A stretch of 64,000 nt of DNA from Eledone cirrhosa (taxonomy: Eukaryota). The stretch's first letter is position 1. Each line of letters begins with the position of its first letter. The notes under the pieces are model-generated. The model worked only from the letters and a program-made list of their open reading frames with translations. It had not been told where the DNA came from and did not search any database. Positions 42,400-56,470 of this stretch are shown here, piece by piece. The position numbers were made by a program, and so were the translations under genes. The DNA lies in assembly GCA_964016885.1 (NCBI GenBank), contig OZ024765.1, forward strand, positions 4,836,001 through 4,900,000. Direction: 5' to 3'.

Positions 42400-44230
42400 T
42401 CATCATCATCATCGTTTAACGTCCACCTTCCACGCTAGCATGGGTTAGACGGGAGTTGTCCCACTTGAGGCAAGGCTGGTCGGGTGACCGTGTCTCGCTC
42501 ATATAGGACTATCTGGCAGGTTTTCTATGGCTGGATACCCTTCCTAACACCAACCACATTTACAGTGTGGAACTGGGAACTTTTTGTCGTGACACCTACA
42601 CGGCCACATTACAGCGGGGACTCTGTGTTTTTTCTCGGACACCTACATGGCCACATTACAGCGGGGACTCTGTGTTTTTTCTCGGACACCTACATGGCCA
42701 CATTACAGCGGGGACTCTGTGTTTTTTCTCGGACACCTACACGGCCACATTACAGCGTGGACTCTGTGTTTTTTGTCGTGACACCTACATGGCCACATTA
42801 CAGCGGGGACTGTGTTTTTTGTCGTGACACCTACATGGCCACATTACAGCGGGGACTCTGTGTTTTTCTCGGACACCTACATGGCCACATTACAGCGGGG
42901 ACTGTGTTTTTTCTTGTGATACCTACATGGCCACATTACAGCGGGGACTGTGTTTTTTCTTGTGATACCTACATGGCCACATTACAGCGGGGACTGTGTT
43001 TTTTCTTGTGATACCTACATGGCCACATTACAGCGGGGACTGTGTTTTTTCTTGTGATACCTACATGGCCACATTACAGCGGGGACTGTGTTTTTTCTTG
43101 TGATACCTACATGGCCACATTACAGCGGGGACTGTGTTTTTTCTTGTGATACCTACATGGCCACATTACAGCGGGGACTCTGTGTTTTTTGTCGTGACAC
43201 CTACATGGCCACATTACAGCGGGGACTGTGTTTTTTCTTGTGATACCTACATGGCCACATTACAGCGGGGACTGTGTTTTTTCTTGTGATACCTACATGG
43301 CCACATTACAGCGGGGACTGTGTTTTTTCTTGTGATACCTACATGGCCACATTACAGCGGGGACTGTGTTTTTTCTTGTGATACCTACATGGCCACATTA
43401 CAGCGGGGACTCTGTGTTTTTTGTCGTGACACCTACATGGCCACATTACAGCGGGGACTGTGTTTTTTCTTGTGATACCTACATGGCCACATTACAGCGG
43501 GGACTGTGTTTTTTCTTGTGATACCTACATGGCCACATTACAGCGGGGACTGTGTTTTTTCTCGGACACCTACACGGCCACATTACAGCGTGGACTCTGT
43601 GTTTTTTCTCGGACACCTACATGGCCACATTACAGCGTGGACTCTGTGTTTTTTCTCGGACACCTACACGGCCACATTACAGCGTGGACTCTGTGTTTTT
43701 TCTCGGACACCTACACGGCCACATTACAGCGTGGACTCTGTGTTTTTTCTCGGACACCTACACGGCCACATTACAGCGTGGACTCTGTGTTTTTTCTCGG
43801 ACACCTACATGGCCACATTACAGCGTGGACTCTGTGTTTTTTCTCGGACACCTACACGGCCACATTACAGCGTGGACTCTGTGTTTTTTCTCGGACACCT
43901 ACACGGCCACATTACAGCGTGGACTCTGTGTTTTTTCTCGGACACCTACACGGCCACATTACAGCGTGGACTCTGTGTTTTTTCTCGGACACCTACACGG
44001 CCACATTACAGCGTGGACTCTGTGTTTTTTCTCGGACACCTACACGATGTCGATCTCATTATCTCATTTATTTGGACTGGATGTTGTGGTAGCAACTTTA
44101 CAGAGAGGGGGTGGTGTTAGTGGGAGGATAGGGTAGGGGTAGTGGATTGGGGTGTATATTTGGTTAAGAGGTGTCTACTGACTGTAGGTTTCGCTTTGTA
44201 CATAGGCAAGGCGGGTCTTCTGTATTACTG
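42400..44230 (-). repeat. SINE C with a 46/48-bp module amplified ~30 times (42590-44046)
   Basis: Unit ctacacggccacattacagcgtggactctgtgttttttctcggacac. SINE tail at 42400-42590; G-rich upstream part at 44050-44230. Confidence 0.92.
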
Positions 44231-44671
44231 TGTAGCGCCAAAGATCTCGGTCCAGTGACATTGTCTTAGAGAGGTGCAAGTGTTACATTAACCCTTTAGC
44301 ATTTAATCTAATCTGGCCGGGTTTACACTCACAAATAAGAAGAACCAGGGCCACCCCTAGGAGCATTGGATTTGGTGTACTTCATATTTGTTTCGGTTGC
44401 TGAATACAATCAGGGGTCACTGCTTCTCCTGAAGGTCAATAGTTCTCTTCTAACTCTAGCAGGAGTGCCTTTCCATTGTCAACTTCCATTGATCATCTGC
44501 AAAGCCACATTGATCTTCAGGCCAATGTTATCATAACAAAATCCACTCTGAGGACCAGACCAGATCTGGCATCTGGTCTGGAATATTAACCTGGATCATA
44601 AGCTGACTGTGAAACAATTGTAACCAGGACTGATCAATAAATTTGTTAATGTAACACCTCCACTGTTCTTA

Positions 44672-45098
44672 TTACGTTCTGAGTTCAAATCCCACCGAGG
44701 TTAACTTTGCCTTTCATCCTTACGGGGTCGATAAAATAAAGTACCAGTAATGTTCTGAGGTCAATTTAATCGACTTTCGCCTCCTCCCAAATTACTGGCC
44801 TTGTGCCTATATTAGAAATCATTATATACACTCTGTTCTAGCATTGAGTGCTGACTTTGGTATCCTCACCAGTTTTCGACAGATTTACTTAACCTTCTGC
44901 GCCTATGTGTGTATATATATATAATTGTTTCTACATTTGGCACAAGACAAGCAATTACGTGTATCACTGGTACTTTATTTTATCGACCCCGTAAGGATGA
45001 AAGGCAAAGTTGACCTCGGCGGGATTTGAACTCAGAATGGCAAGGGCCGTAACTCTGTGTCAAAGCATGGTGTCCGACCCTCTACCGATACTGCCAAT
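44672..45098. mobile_element. Two SINE B copies tail-to-tail (44672-44823 +, 44922-45098 -)
   Basis: Conserved body on opposite strands. Confidence 0.82.
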
Positions 45099-45144
45099 AA
45101 TAATACAAGAACGATTAGTTAAGCCTTCATTATGTTTATTGATT

Positions 45145-45229
45145 GCTGACGCGTGTTTCGCGATTGATCAGCTCAAGGTTGGATCTGTATCGATCTGACC
45201 CAACTCTGGACTCAATAGCTCGTCGGACC
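45145..45229 (-). ncRNA. Hammerhead-like motif with long stem II
   Basis: ggt-CCGACGA-gctattga...tcaatcgc-GAAA-cacgcg-TC-agc (GUC cleavage triplet; stem I weak). Lies between inverted aataatacaagaacg/cgttcttgtattatt ends. Confidence 0.5.
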
Positions 45230-45563
45230 TCTGGTATGGTAATGACAGAATCCGTAATAAAGACATAACCAACCGTTCTTGTATTATTATATTACACAGT
45301 CTCGCTCTACACCTCACCACTGACGTGAACCTAAACATTGAGTGCTCACCTGAGTGAACCTACAGTAACTTCATGTTACACTCCCTGTATATATATATAT
45401 ATAGGTATCTGTTAACTCAAATTAAAATTAACACCCTAAACAATGGTAGTCTTGGTGCTATGATATAAAGGAGCCGGTCCATCTTGTACGATGTCCATGC
45501 GGGTGCCACATTAAAATGTACCCTGTATACTCTGTAAGGTGTTAGCACTGGAATCACTTCATT

Positions 45564-46825
45564 CCTTGGTCTGATCTGATGATCAGCTCCTTTCTTCTGC
45601 CAGGAGTTGTGACCAACAGATAATATCAGTAATGGAAAGACCAATGGAAACATTGTTTCCTTGGTCTGATCTGATGATCAGCTCCTTTCTTCTGCCAGGA
45701 GTTGTGACTGACAGATAGTATCAGTAATGGAAAGACCAATGGAGACATTGTTTCCTTGGTCTGATCTGATGATCAGCTCCTTTCTTCTGCCAGGAGTTGT
45801 GACTGACAGATAGTATCAGTAATGGAAAGACCAATGGAAACATTGTTTCCTTGGTCTTATCTGATGATCAGTTCCTTTCTTCTGCCAGGAGTTGTGACTG
45901 ACAGATAGTATCAGTAATGGAAAGACCAATGGAAACATTGTTTCCTTGGTCTGATCTGATGATCAGCTCCTTTCTTCTGCCAGGAGTTGTGACTGACAAA
46001 TAGTATCAGTAATGGAAAGACCAATGGAGACATTGTTTCTTTAGTCTGATCTGATGATCAGCTCCTTTCTTCTGCCAGGAGTTGTGACTGACAGATAGTA
46101 TCAGTAATAGAAAGACCAATGGAAACATTGTTTCTTTAGTCTGATCTGATGATCAGCTCCTTTCTTCTGCCAGGAGTTGTGACTGACAGATAGTATCAGT
46201 AATAGAAAGACCAATGGAAACATTGTTTCCTTGGTCTGATCTGATGATCAGCTCCTTTCTTCTGCCAGGAGTTGTGACTGACAGATAGTATCAGTAATAG
46301 AAAGACCAATGGAAACATTGTTTCTTTAGTCTGATCTGATGATCAGCTCCTTTCTTCTGCCAGGAGTTGTGACTGACAGATAGTATCAGTAATAGAAAGA
46401 CCAATGGAAACATTGTTTCCTTGGTCTGATCTGATGATCAGCTCCTTTCTTCTGCCAGGAGTTGTGACTGACAGATAGTATCAGTAATAGAAAGACCAAT
46501 GGAAACATTGTTTCTTTAGTCTGATCTGATGATCAGCTCCTTTCTTCTGCCAGGAGTTGTGACTGACAGATAGTATCAGTAATAGAAAGACCAATGGAAA
46601 CATTGTTTCCTTGGTCTGATCTGATGATCAGCTCCTTTCTTCTGCCAGGAGTTGTGACTGACAGATAGTATCAGTAATGGAAAGACCATTGGAAACACTG
46701 TTTCCATGGTCTGATTTGATAGTCAATTCCTTTCTTCTGCCAAGGGTTGTGACACACACATAGTATCAGTAATGGAAAGACCAATTGAAACAGTTTCCTT
46801 GGTCTGATCTGATGACTGGCTCTTT
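45564..46825. repeat. 95-bp tandem array (~13 copies) derived from the SINE D 3' region
   Basis: ccttggtctgatc at 45564, 45659, 45754...; unit shares gacagatagtat..gaaagaccaatggaaaca..tttccttggtc with 10120-10170. Confidence 0.93.
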
Positions 46826-47150
46826 CTGTTAGTAATAATTGAAATGTTTAAGAAGCTATCACTAGGAAACTATAATTAGCTTCTTCTAGCAGAAATCTAA
46901 ACATGCAACAACATAATTTATTCTGAAGCAACAAAATAGTTTTGTTGTACTTCTTAGTTTTTTTTTTTGTTTGTTTGTTTGTTTTTTTAAAATAAATTCC
47001 AAAAATGGTAAAAAAAAAAAAAAATCTCGTTAGAAACATTCTACACTTCAATTATGTTTGGTAAATTAGAGCCGTTTCCAGGCAGTAATTAACTCCCAGT
47101 GAATGTTACTGGCTCTACTGTTGACTGCTAATGGACTGTTAATTACAAAA

Positions 47151-47189
<39 letters not shown>

Positions 47190-47658
47190 TATATAAAGGG
47201 TAAAAACTAGGAGAATTTGGAGAACATTTTTGTTGTTTGAGCCGGTGATGATGATGGTGGTGTTGGTGGTGGTGATGGTAGTGGTGATGGTAGTGTTGGT
47301 GGTGATGGTAGTGGTGTGATGGTGGTGGTGATGATGGCAGTAGTGGTAGTGATGGTGATGGTAGTGTTGGTGGTGGTGGTGATGGTGGTCTTGGTGATGG
47401 TGATGGTAGTGTTGGTGGTGGTGGTAATGGTAGTGGTGTGATGGTGGTGGTGATGATGGCAGTAGTGGTAGTGATGGTGATGGTAGTGTTGGTGGTGGTG
47501 ATGTTAGTGTTGGTGGTGGTGGTGATGGTAGTGGTGTGGTGGTGGTGGTGGTAATGATCATGATGGTGGTGATGGTGTTGATGGTGATTGGAGACTGTTG
47601 TTCTGTGTGAAATACTCAAGTTATTTCAGTTAAACATTAGATATTACAGAATTAGAGG

Positions 47659-47723
<65 letters not shown>

Positions 47724-47757
47724 AAACGAAACATATATACTTTATATCATCTCTATT

Positions 47758-47835
47758 TATTTCATTATATATATTTCGAAGATGTAAAGTTTTATGTCTA
47801 ACATAAAGAAAAACATGTCCTCGTCAGATAAAATA
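47758..47835 (-). ncRNA. Hammerhead motif, family R'
   Basis: tattttat-CTGACGA-ggacatg...catcttc-GAAA-tatata-TA-atgaaata; homologue of 28978-29055. Confidence 0.75.
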
Positions 47836-47943
47836 CATAGAAAATGTATAATTTGTTCATGAAATGGTGGTAGACAAACGAGCCGGACAGATGAGTGACC
47901 ACCAAGCATGTATATGTGAGTGACCACCAAGCATGTATATATA

Positions 47944-48333
47944 CAGTTGTCTCCCAGTGTTCGTGGGGGGGTGGGGGGTTACATTCCGACAGCACCCACG
48001 AAGAGTGAAAAACCGCGAATATTGGATGGGATCTATAAAAATACCTATAAATATCAAAATATAATGTAAAATATAATAAATAAGAGGGGAGCTTCTTATA
48101 CGAAGGGGCGTCCAATAGGCTGGCAAATACAGAATATTGTTATTAATAATTTAGCGTTAAAATATATATATATTGCCACGAAAAAAGCCATAAAAAATAT
48201 CACAGGAGTTATTTATGATTCCGCGAATATGCGGTAGTTTCCACGAACAATTATTAATTAGGCTCTAAGGAAAATTACACAAATAACAGGGGTTTTATGG
48301 TCTCTCTATATCACGTATGTCAGTGACGCACTG
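47944..48333. mobile_element. Probable pogo/Tigger-like non-autonomous DNA transposon remnant
   Basis: TA|cagttgtctccc... start, ccgcga motifs and ggtctctctatatcacg shared with 48723-49346; ends actg|TA. Confidence 0.5.
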
Positions 48334-48350
48334 TATATATATATATATAT

Positions 48351-48546
48351 AACAAAGGAAATGTGGTAAGGAACCAGGTGGACCAAAACGCACCAAAGTA
48401 CTCAATACTTGAGGTAGTAGAGTGGGTAATAGGAACCAGTAAGACCCCGACAGCTGAGCTCAAGCCGTTTCGACGGCTAATTCTGGACTGAGTCCAGAAT
48501 TAGCCGTCGAAACGGCTTGAGCTCAGCTGTCGGGGTCTTACTGGTT

Positions 48547-48550
<4 letters not shown>
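48351..48550 (+). mobile_element. Hairpin element, family P (copy 3), with a perfect 60-bp-arm palindrome
   Basis: 48430-48489 is the exact reverse complement of 48491-48550; (TA)n on both sides. Confidence 0.9.
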
Positions 48551-48588
<38 letters not shown>

Positions 48589-48722
48589 GATATTAAACAA
48601 ATGGAAACTATATTTATAAAACCATATTTATTTCATTATATCAGTTATAAAATATTTACTCGTTGTAACCCAACAATTTTAAATAAAACTTTTGCATATA
48701 TATATATATATATATATGCATA

Positions 48723-49346
48723 CAGTAATCTCCCGTTTATCTCGGGAGATATGTTCCAGAACCAACTGCAATAAATGAAGATCCGTGATATAGAGAGACC
48801 ATACAGACAACCGTTGTTTTCATAGTTTCAGCCTTAAAATACCTCTCCTACAAGCTTTAAGTACATATAAACTCATTAAAACACACTTTTGTATGTTAAC
48901 ACTAAAAACAGCCAGTAACTATCGTATAGAAACTACCACCAACCATCGTACCACTAGTTACCAATGAGGACCATTGCCAGCCACGGTAGCCACTTGGTAA
49001 TACACTGCACATCTCCCGTCAATCTATGAAGGGTTTGTAGTAGATGAGAGAAAAACACAATCAGTAAAACAGTAATGGAATGAAAAATATAAACATTTGT
49101 TCATAATTCAAGCCTTAAGATGTCCCTTCCTTACGATATACACTTTAGTAACATTGAAACTTATTTAATAAGTTTAAAATTTAAACACTTTTTATTCAGA
49201 CGTACCACGATAAGAAAATAGATTTGTTCTAATGAAAAGTCCGCGATGTGGCGAGGATTACCGTGATAGGAAATTAGATATGTTACAAAAATCCGCGATG
49301 TAGCGGGGCCGCGAAAAGTGAACCGCGATATAGCTGGGGGTTACTG
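48723..49346. mobile_element. pogo/Tigger-like non-autonomous DNA transposon
   Basis: TA|cagtaatctcccgtttatctcgg ... ccgcgatatagctgggggttactg|TA imperfect TIRs; clustered ccgcga subterminal motifs. Confidence 0.75.
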
Positions 49347-49348
49347 TA

Positions 49349-49465
<117 letters not shown>

Positions 49466-49597
49466 TGTTATGTTTAATAAATATTTAGCTAGAGACCATT
49501 TCTACTGAAGCATAACAAGTAAAACTTATACAAACTTATCAAAATATATTCTATGACTTGTGTGTAATATATATACAGGTGTGACTGTTGTGTAATA

Positions 49598-49810
49598 TCA
49601 TCATCATCATCAGGTTTAGCGTCCGTGTTCCACGCTTGCATGGGTTTGGACGGGGGTTTTCCCACTTGAGGCAAGAGTGGTTGTCTTGCTCGCATAGGAC
49701 TGTCTGGCGGGTTTTCTACAGTTGGATGCCCTTCCTAACACCAACCACATTTACAGTGTGGGGCTGGGAGGTTTTTACTGTGTTGCCTACACGGCCACAT
49801 TACAGCGTGG
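49598..49810 (-). mobile_element. SINE C subfamily copy, nearly identical to 57819-58040
   Basis: catcaggtttagcgtccgtgttccacgcttgcatggg... shared. Confidence 0.85.
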
Positions 49811-50434
49811 TAATATATATATATATACAGGTATGACTGTTGTGTATTATATATATATATATATATATATACAGGTGTGACTGTTGTGTAATATATATAC
49901 AGGTGTGACTTATGTATTATATATATATATATATATACAGGTGTGACTTATGTATTATATATATATATATATACAGGTGTGACTTATGTATTATATATAT
50001 ATATATACAGGTGTGACTTATGTATTATATATATATATATATATACAGGTGTGACTTATGTATTATATATATATACAGGTGTGACTTATGTATTATATAT
50101 ATATACAGGTGTGACTTATGTATTATATATATATACAGGTGTGACTTATGTATTATATATATATACAGGTGTGACTTATGTATTATATATATATATATAT
50201 ATATATACAGGTGTGACTTATGTATTATATATATATATATATATACAGGTGTGACTTATGTATTATATATATATATATACAGGTGTGACTTATGTATTAT
50301 ATATATATATATATACAGGTGTGACTTATGTATTATATATATATATATATATATATACAGGTGTGACTTATGTATTATATATATATATATACAGGTGTGA
50401 CTTATGTATTATATATATACAGGTGTGACTTATG

Positions 50435-50472
<38 letters not shown>

Positions 50473-50540
50473 GTGTGACTTATGTATTATATATATATAT
50501 ATATATATACAGGTGTGACTTATGTATTATATATACATAC
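49811..50540. repeat. Minisatellite caggtgtgacttatgtat(ta)n, ~20 units with variable TA length
   Basis: Direct inspection. Confidence 0.92.
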
Positions 50541-51725
50541 ATACATGGTGACTGCAAACTCTGTTAAGAGTATTGCAATCACCCGTCAGATTACAGAGTT
50601 TGGTACACTTTTAGGCTATGGCCAGTCACACGAACCTGTAACATATCCTGAACAAGCAATGGCTGTGATTTGAAAGGGTTTTTAAGTGGGGACAGGCCTT
50701 GCACTCGACCAATCCCACTCTCTGGACATCGAAAACACTACCAGAAAAGGGGAACTGGTCAACATCATCGGATGCTTCCAAAACTGTAGGTTTTTATTCA
50801 GTTTCCCTCTCCTAGAAAGGTGTTGTGACAACAACTGGGGGGGGTGGATACATACACATGCACTAACACAAAAATTCATACACTCACACACACATACACA
50901 CACGCACACATACATACACACATACACATACACACATACACACACACACATACATACACACACATACACACACACATACATATACACACACACCCACACA
51001 CACTTACATACACACACATACACATACATACACACACATACACTCACACACACATACACACACGCACACATACATACACACATACACACACACACACACA
51101 TACACACACACACATACATACACACACATACACACACACACGCACACATACATACACACATACACACACACACATACACACACACACATACATACACACA
51201 CATACACACACACACTTACATACACACACATACAAACTTACACACACACATACACACACACACTTACATACACACACATACAAACTTACACACACACATA
51301 CACACACACATACACACACATACACACTTACATACACACACACACACACACACATACACACACACACACTGGGTGTGTAGCTAGAGAACATTCATAGATG
51401 TTTACTTAATCTATTTTTTCAACTGAGATACAAAATCGATTTGTTTTAGTAAAGAGATTCAGTCGAAATTTACTGTCGAAGATTAATGGCAAACATTTTA
51501 TTGGAGTAGGGGATAGGGGGGGGGGTTTATGGGGGGGGGGGGGGGTATGATAGTAATGATAATAGTAATAATTGTTTCTACTTTAGGCACAAGGCCAGCA
51601 ATTACCCAGTACATTACTGGTACTTTATTTTATCGACCCCGTAAGGATGAAAGGCAAAGTTAACCTCGGTGGGATTTGAACTCAGATCATAGAGGGACGT
51701 AACTCTATGCTAGTTATAATAATAG

Positions 51726-52055
51726 TTATAATAGTAATAATGATTTCTTTATTAACCACAAGGGTTTACATAAAGTAGACATTAAGGACAGTACAGGACA
51801 ATACAGGACGGTACAAATGGGTATTTCTGCATGTAAAAAAAACAAAAAACAGGATGTAACAAAAAATAACAATGAAAAATTCCCCAATAGGAGGGAGACT
51901 TCCGAGGGACATTTGTGGAGAAAGCCCATTAAAAGGCCACAGTGACCCTGACCACCAGGGCAAGTGCCCTCTCCCAGATTTCCACCTTTAATTTACAGAC
52001 ATACTCAGAGTAGGCCCTTTCACTCGGGCCATACTTGCTTCTCTCACCCATCTTT
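51726..52055 (-). mobile_element. Probable L1/Tx1-like LINE 3' end, flanked by SINE B copies (51569-51711, 52070-52178)
   Basis: Minus strand ..WVREASMARVKGPTLSMSVN*, then a UTR ending in a polyA-signal-like attaaa and (TTA)n; family assignment from recall only. Confidence 0.45.
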
Positions 52056-52177
52056 AGTGATAATAGTAATAAATGTTTCTACTTTAGGCACAAGGCCAGC
52101 AATTATCCCAGTGTATTACTGGTACTTTATTTTATGGACCCCCGTAAGGATGAAAGGCAAAGTTAACTTTGGCGGGA

Positions 52178-52311
52178 TCTAGTTGGTTGAGTTGCTGGAT
52201 GACTTCATCAGAGCTGTAGACGTGGCCTGGGCAGGTTGTCAACAGGGGCTTTAAAATCTTGGACAGAAGCCAAGAGATTTTATAAGATGGTCCTTCAATA
52301 CTGGAAACAAT
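52178..52311 (-). mobile_element. Penelope-like reverse transcriptase fragment
   Basis: [41 protein letters not shown] matches the PLE RT motif (RP)IVS....P.Y.LS..L..ILKPL.....H+..S.E.I..L; abuts a TA-rich microsatellite. Confidence 0.75.
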
Positions 52312-53029
52312 GTATGTATATATGTATGTGTGTATATATATATGTATGAATATATATATATATATGTATGTATGAATATATATATATATATGTATGTATG
52401 AATATATATATATATATGTATGTATGAATATATATATATATATGTATGTATGAATATATATATATATATGTATGTATGAATATATATATATGTATGTATG
52501 TATGAATATATATATATGTATGTATGTATGAATATATATATATGTATGTATGTATGAATATATATATATATGTATGAATATATATATATATATATATATG
52601 TATGAATATATATATATATATGTATGAATATATATATATATATATATGTATGAATATATATATATATATATATATGTATGAATATATATATATGTATGTA
52701 TGTATGAATATATATATTCATATATATATATATTCATATATATATATATTCATATATATATATATTCATATATATATATATTCATGTATATATATATTCA
52801 TATATATATATATTCATATACATATATATTCATACATATATATACATATATATTCATACATATATATACATATATATATATATATATTCATACATACATA
52901 TATATATATATATTCATACATATATATATATATATATTCATACATATATATACATATATATTCATACATATATATATATATTCATACATATATATATATA
53001 TTCATACATATATATACATATATATATAT

Positions 53030-53130
53030 ATCATCATCATCATCATTTTACATCCGCTTTTCCCTGCTTGCAAGGGTGGGGCGGGTCCTTTTCAGCACAA
53101 CATCTCTCCACTCGTCACGGTCCTTCGTGA
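53030..53130 (-). mobile_element. RTE LINE extreme 3' end (same family as 18274-18558)
   Basis: Reverse complement of gaccgtgacgagtggaga..tgtgctgaa..gacccg.cccacccttgcaagcagggaaaagcgga.gtaaaatgatg. Confidence 0.85.
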
Positions 53131-53171
53131 TATATATATTCATACACACATATATATATATTCATACATAC

Positions 53172-53204
<33 letters not shown>

Positions 53205-53895
53205 TATATTATTCAAAATGTTAATAAATAAAAAATATTTTCATAATCAAAATATATATTTTATTATACATATTTCAAAGGTACAATGGTGTTTAAGTAG
53301 TTTTCATATCTTTGGTTATATACAGTATATACGTATGTATATATAATATACATGTATATATAATGTATATGTATATATAATATACATGTGTGTGTGTATA
53401 TATATGTGTGTATATATAATATACATGTGTATATGTATATATAATATATATGTATATATAATATACATATGTGTGTATATATAATATACATGTGTGTATA
53501 TGTATATATAATATATATGATATATGTATATATAATATATATGATATATGTATATATAATATATATGATATATGTATATATAATATATATGTATATGTAT
53601 ATATAATATACATGTGTGTATATAATATATGTGTGTATATATAATATATGTGTGTATATATAATATACATGTGTATATGTATATATAATATATATGTATA
53701 TGTATATATAATATACATATGTGTGTATATATATATATATATGTGTGTGTATGTATGTATATATATTTCTGTAGATTTCACACTTCCATTGTTTTTATAA
53801 GATATACTTTTTATATATTTATATACTTTATAATTTATTTACTGTTCTTTTTTATGTTGTTGTTGTTGATGTTGTTATTTCTCTCTCTCTCTCTC

Positions 53896-54015
<120 letters not shown>

Positions 54016-54099
54016 GCACTTTCACTTGTTCATCGACTTCCCGTCAACTCCTTGCCATTCATCACCATCACCACCACCATCATCACCATCATCATCACC

Positions 54100-54131
<32 letters not shown>

Positions 54132-54758
54132 CACCATTACCATCATCATCACCACCATCACCATCATCACCACAACCGCCATCATCACAACCACCACCAC
54201 CACCACCACCACCATCATCACTACCATCATCACTACCACCACCATCACCATCACCCCCATCCCCATCACCATCACCCCCATCACCACCATCACCCCCATC
54301 ACCACCATCATCACTATCATTTTATGACCACTTTTCCATGCTTACATCTGTTGGAGTTGGGTTTGGCAAGGTTTTTCTAGCTGCTACTCCTACTACCACC
54401 ACCACCACCACCACCGCCACTACCACTACTACTATTTTTGGCAGGGTACTTCTGGCTGGCTGCCCTTCCCATCACCAATCAACTTTACAGAGTGGACTGG
54501 ATGTATTCTACATGCCACCAACACTAGAGAAGTTGCCCACCCAGACCCAACAATCCCTTTTACTTTGTATTAGTTTAGTAACTGCACTCCTAGACAGGTT
54601 GCCTTCATTGCAGCTTATTTACAGGGCTTCCATGTCTAACCTGTTATCAACAAATCTTTCTCACTCTCACACTTTCTCTTTCACCCTTCTCTCTCTCTCT
54701 TTCTCTCTCTCTCTCCTTATCTCCCTCTCACTCGCTCTTAAACTCTCTCTCTCTCTCT

Positions 54759-54789
<31 letters not shown>

Positions 54790-54849
54790 ATCCTAGTACC
54801 TGATTTGCTGTGTCTATATTTCACATATGGGGGTCTATATTTCACATGC

Positions 54850-55555
54850 TACCACCACCACCACTACTACCACCACCACCTCCACCACCACTACTATACC
54901 ACCACCACCATTACCACCACCACCACTACTATACCACCGCCACCACACTTCTACTACTACCACCACCACCACTACTACCACCATCACCACCACTACTATA
55001 CTACTACCACCACCACTACTATACTACTACCACCACCACCACCACCACCATCACCACCACCATCACCACCACCACCACTACTATACTACTACCAACACCA
55101 CCAACACCACCATCACCACCATCACCACCATCACCACCATCACCACCATCACCACCACCACCACCACCACTATACTACTACCACCACCACTACTATACTA
55201 CTACCAACATCACCACCACCATCACCACCACCACCACCACCACCACCACCACTATACTTCTACCAACACCACCATTACCACCATCACCACCACCACCACT
55301 ATACTTCTACCAACACCACCATCACCACCACCACCACCACCATCACCACCACCACCATCACCACCACCACCACCACCACCACCACCACCACTATACTACT
55401 ACCACCACCACTACTATACTACTACCACCATCACCACCACCACCACCACCACCACCACCACTATACTACTACCACCACCACTACTATACTACTACCACCA
55501 TCACTACCACCATCACCACCACCACCACCACCACTACTATACTACTACCACCCTC
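54850..55555. repeat. (ACC/ACT)n low-complexity block
   Basis: Source of the poly-Pro/His/Thr ORFs. Confidence 0.95.
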
Positions 55556-55785
55556 ACAAGAAGTATTTTTAGTATATTATCACAAGTCATGATAATAATG
55601 CCATGTCTGTGTTATTTATACAACAGAACAAGATTAATAAATATATTGGATATTGATCCTGGGATTCTAATACACACACACACACACACATACACACACA
55701 GTCACACATCCACACACACACACACACACACACAGTCACACATCCACACACACACATGTAGTCACATACATACTTGTGCTAAAAC

Positions 55786-55819
<34 letters not shown>

Positions 55820-55886
55820 ATATATATATTTATATATATATACACACACACATATATATATATACATACATATATATTATATATAT

Positions 55887-55924
<38 letters not shown>

Positions 55925-55944
55925 GTGTATCCCAGGTTCAATCG

Positions 55945-56125
55945 GGGGTAACCACAGTAAGTAAGGTACTCAATACATAGCAGAGTATAAAAGTTTTAAT
56001 ATACAAGAGCTTCTACAGGACTAGAACTGTTTCATTCGGGAGAAATCATCAGGAAGCTGATGATCAGAATCTTGATGATTTCTCACGAATTAAACAGTTC
56101 TCGTCCTGTAGAAGCTTTTCTGTAT

Positions 56126-56128
<3 letters not shown>
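55945..56128 (-). mobile_element. Family S element with fold-back (arms ~55996-56053 and 56070-56128)
   Basis: Left arm, minus strand: CTGATGA-tttctcccgaat-GAAA-cagttc; stem I not clear. Confidence 0.65.
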
Positions 56129-56164
<36 letters not shown>

Positions 56165-56166
<2 letters not shown>

Positions 56167-56470
56167 CGTTTCTGAATTTGTTTAGCAAGATTCTTTATCT
56201 GAAAACGTGTGTTGAAACCGATATTGTTATACTTTGGGAGGGTCATGTTGCCAATAAGAAACACATGCACCAGTTGCTTTCACTTCAATTTATTATAAAT
56301 TTTATAAATTTTATAAATTTCCAGTTGGTTGGTTCCCCAACCGGATGGTTGTTCATATATTGTCAGTTCTTTCGTCACACATTCTGTGACCTCTTCAGTG
56401 ACTGGGGATTCTTTTCTTTGCTTTGTGCCTCTCCTTTGTTCTGTCCTACGCCATCTTATGTAAAATGATG
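56165..56470 (-). mobile_element. Family Q element with degenerate hammerhead (56362-56402)
   Basis: Reverse complement of 7767-8022; core and stem II intact, UH site deleted. Confidence 0.75.

Noticed and set aside
45564-46825. Satellite-type hammerhead: CTGATGA and GAAA plus a stem in every 95-bp unit
   Set aside because: The cleavage position would be G (UG rather than UH), stem I is only 2 nt and stem II does not close. CTGATGA derives from the SINE D sequence ctgatttgacga.
50550-50850. Complex unique stretches (also 44320-44660) as possible exons
   Set aside because: Stops in most frames, no FN3 or other motif, no good splice pair; possibly old TE debris.
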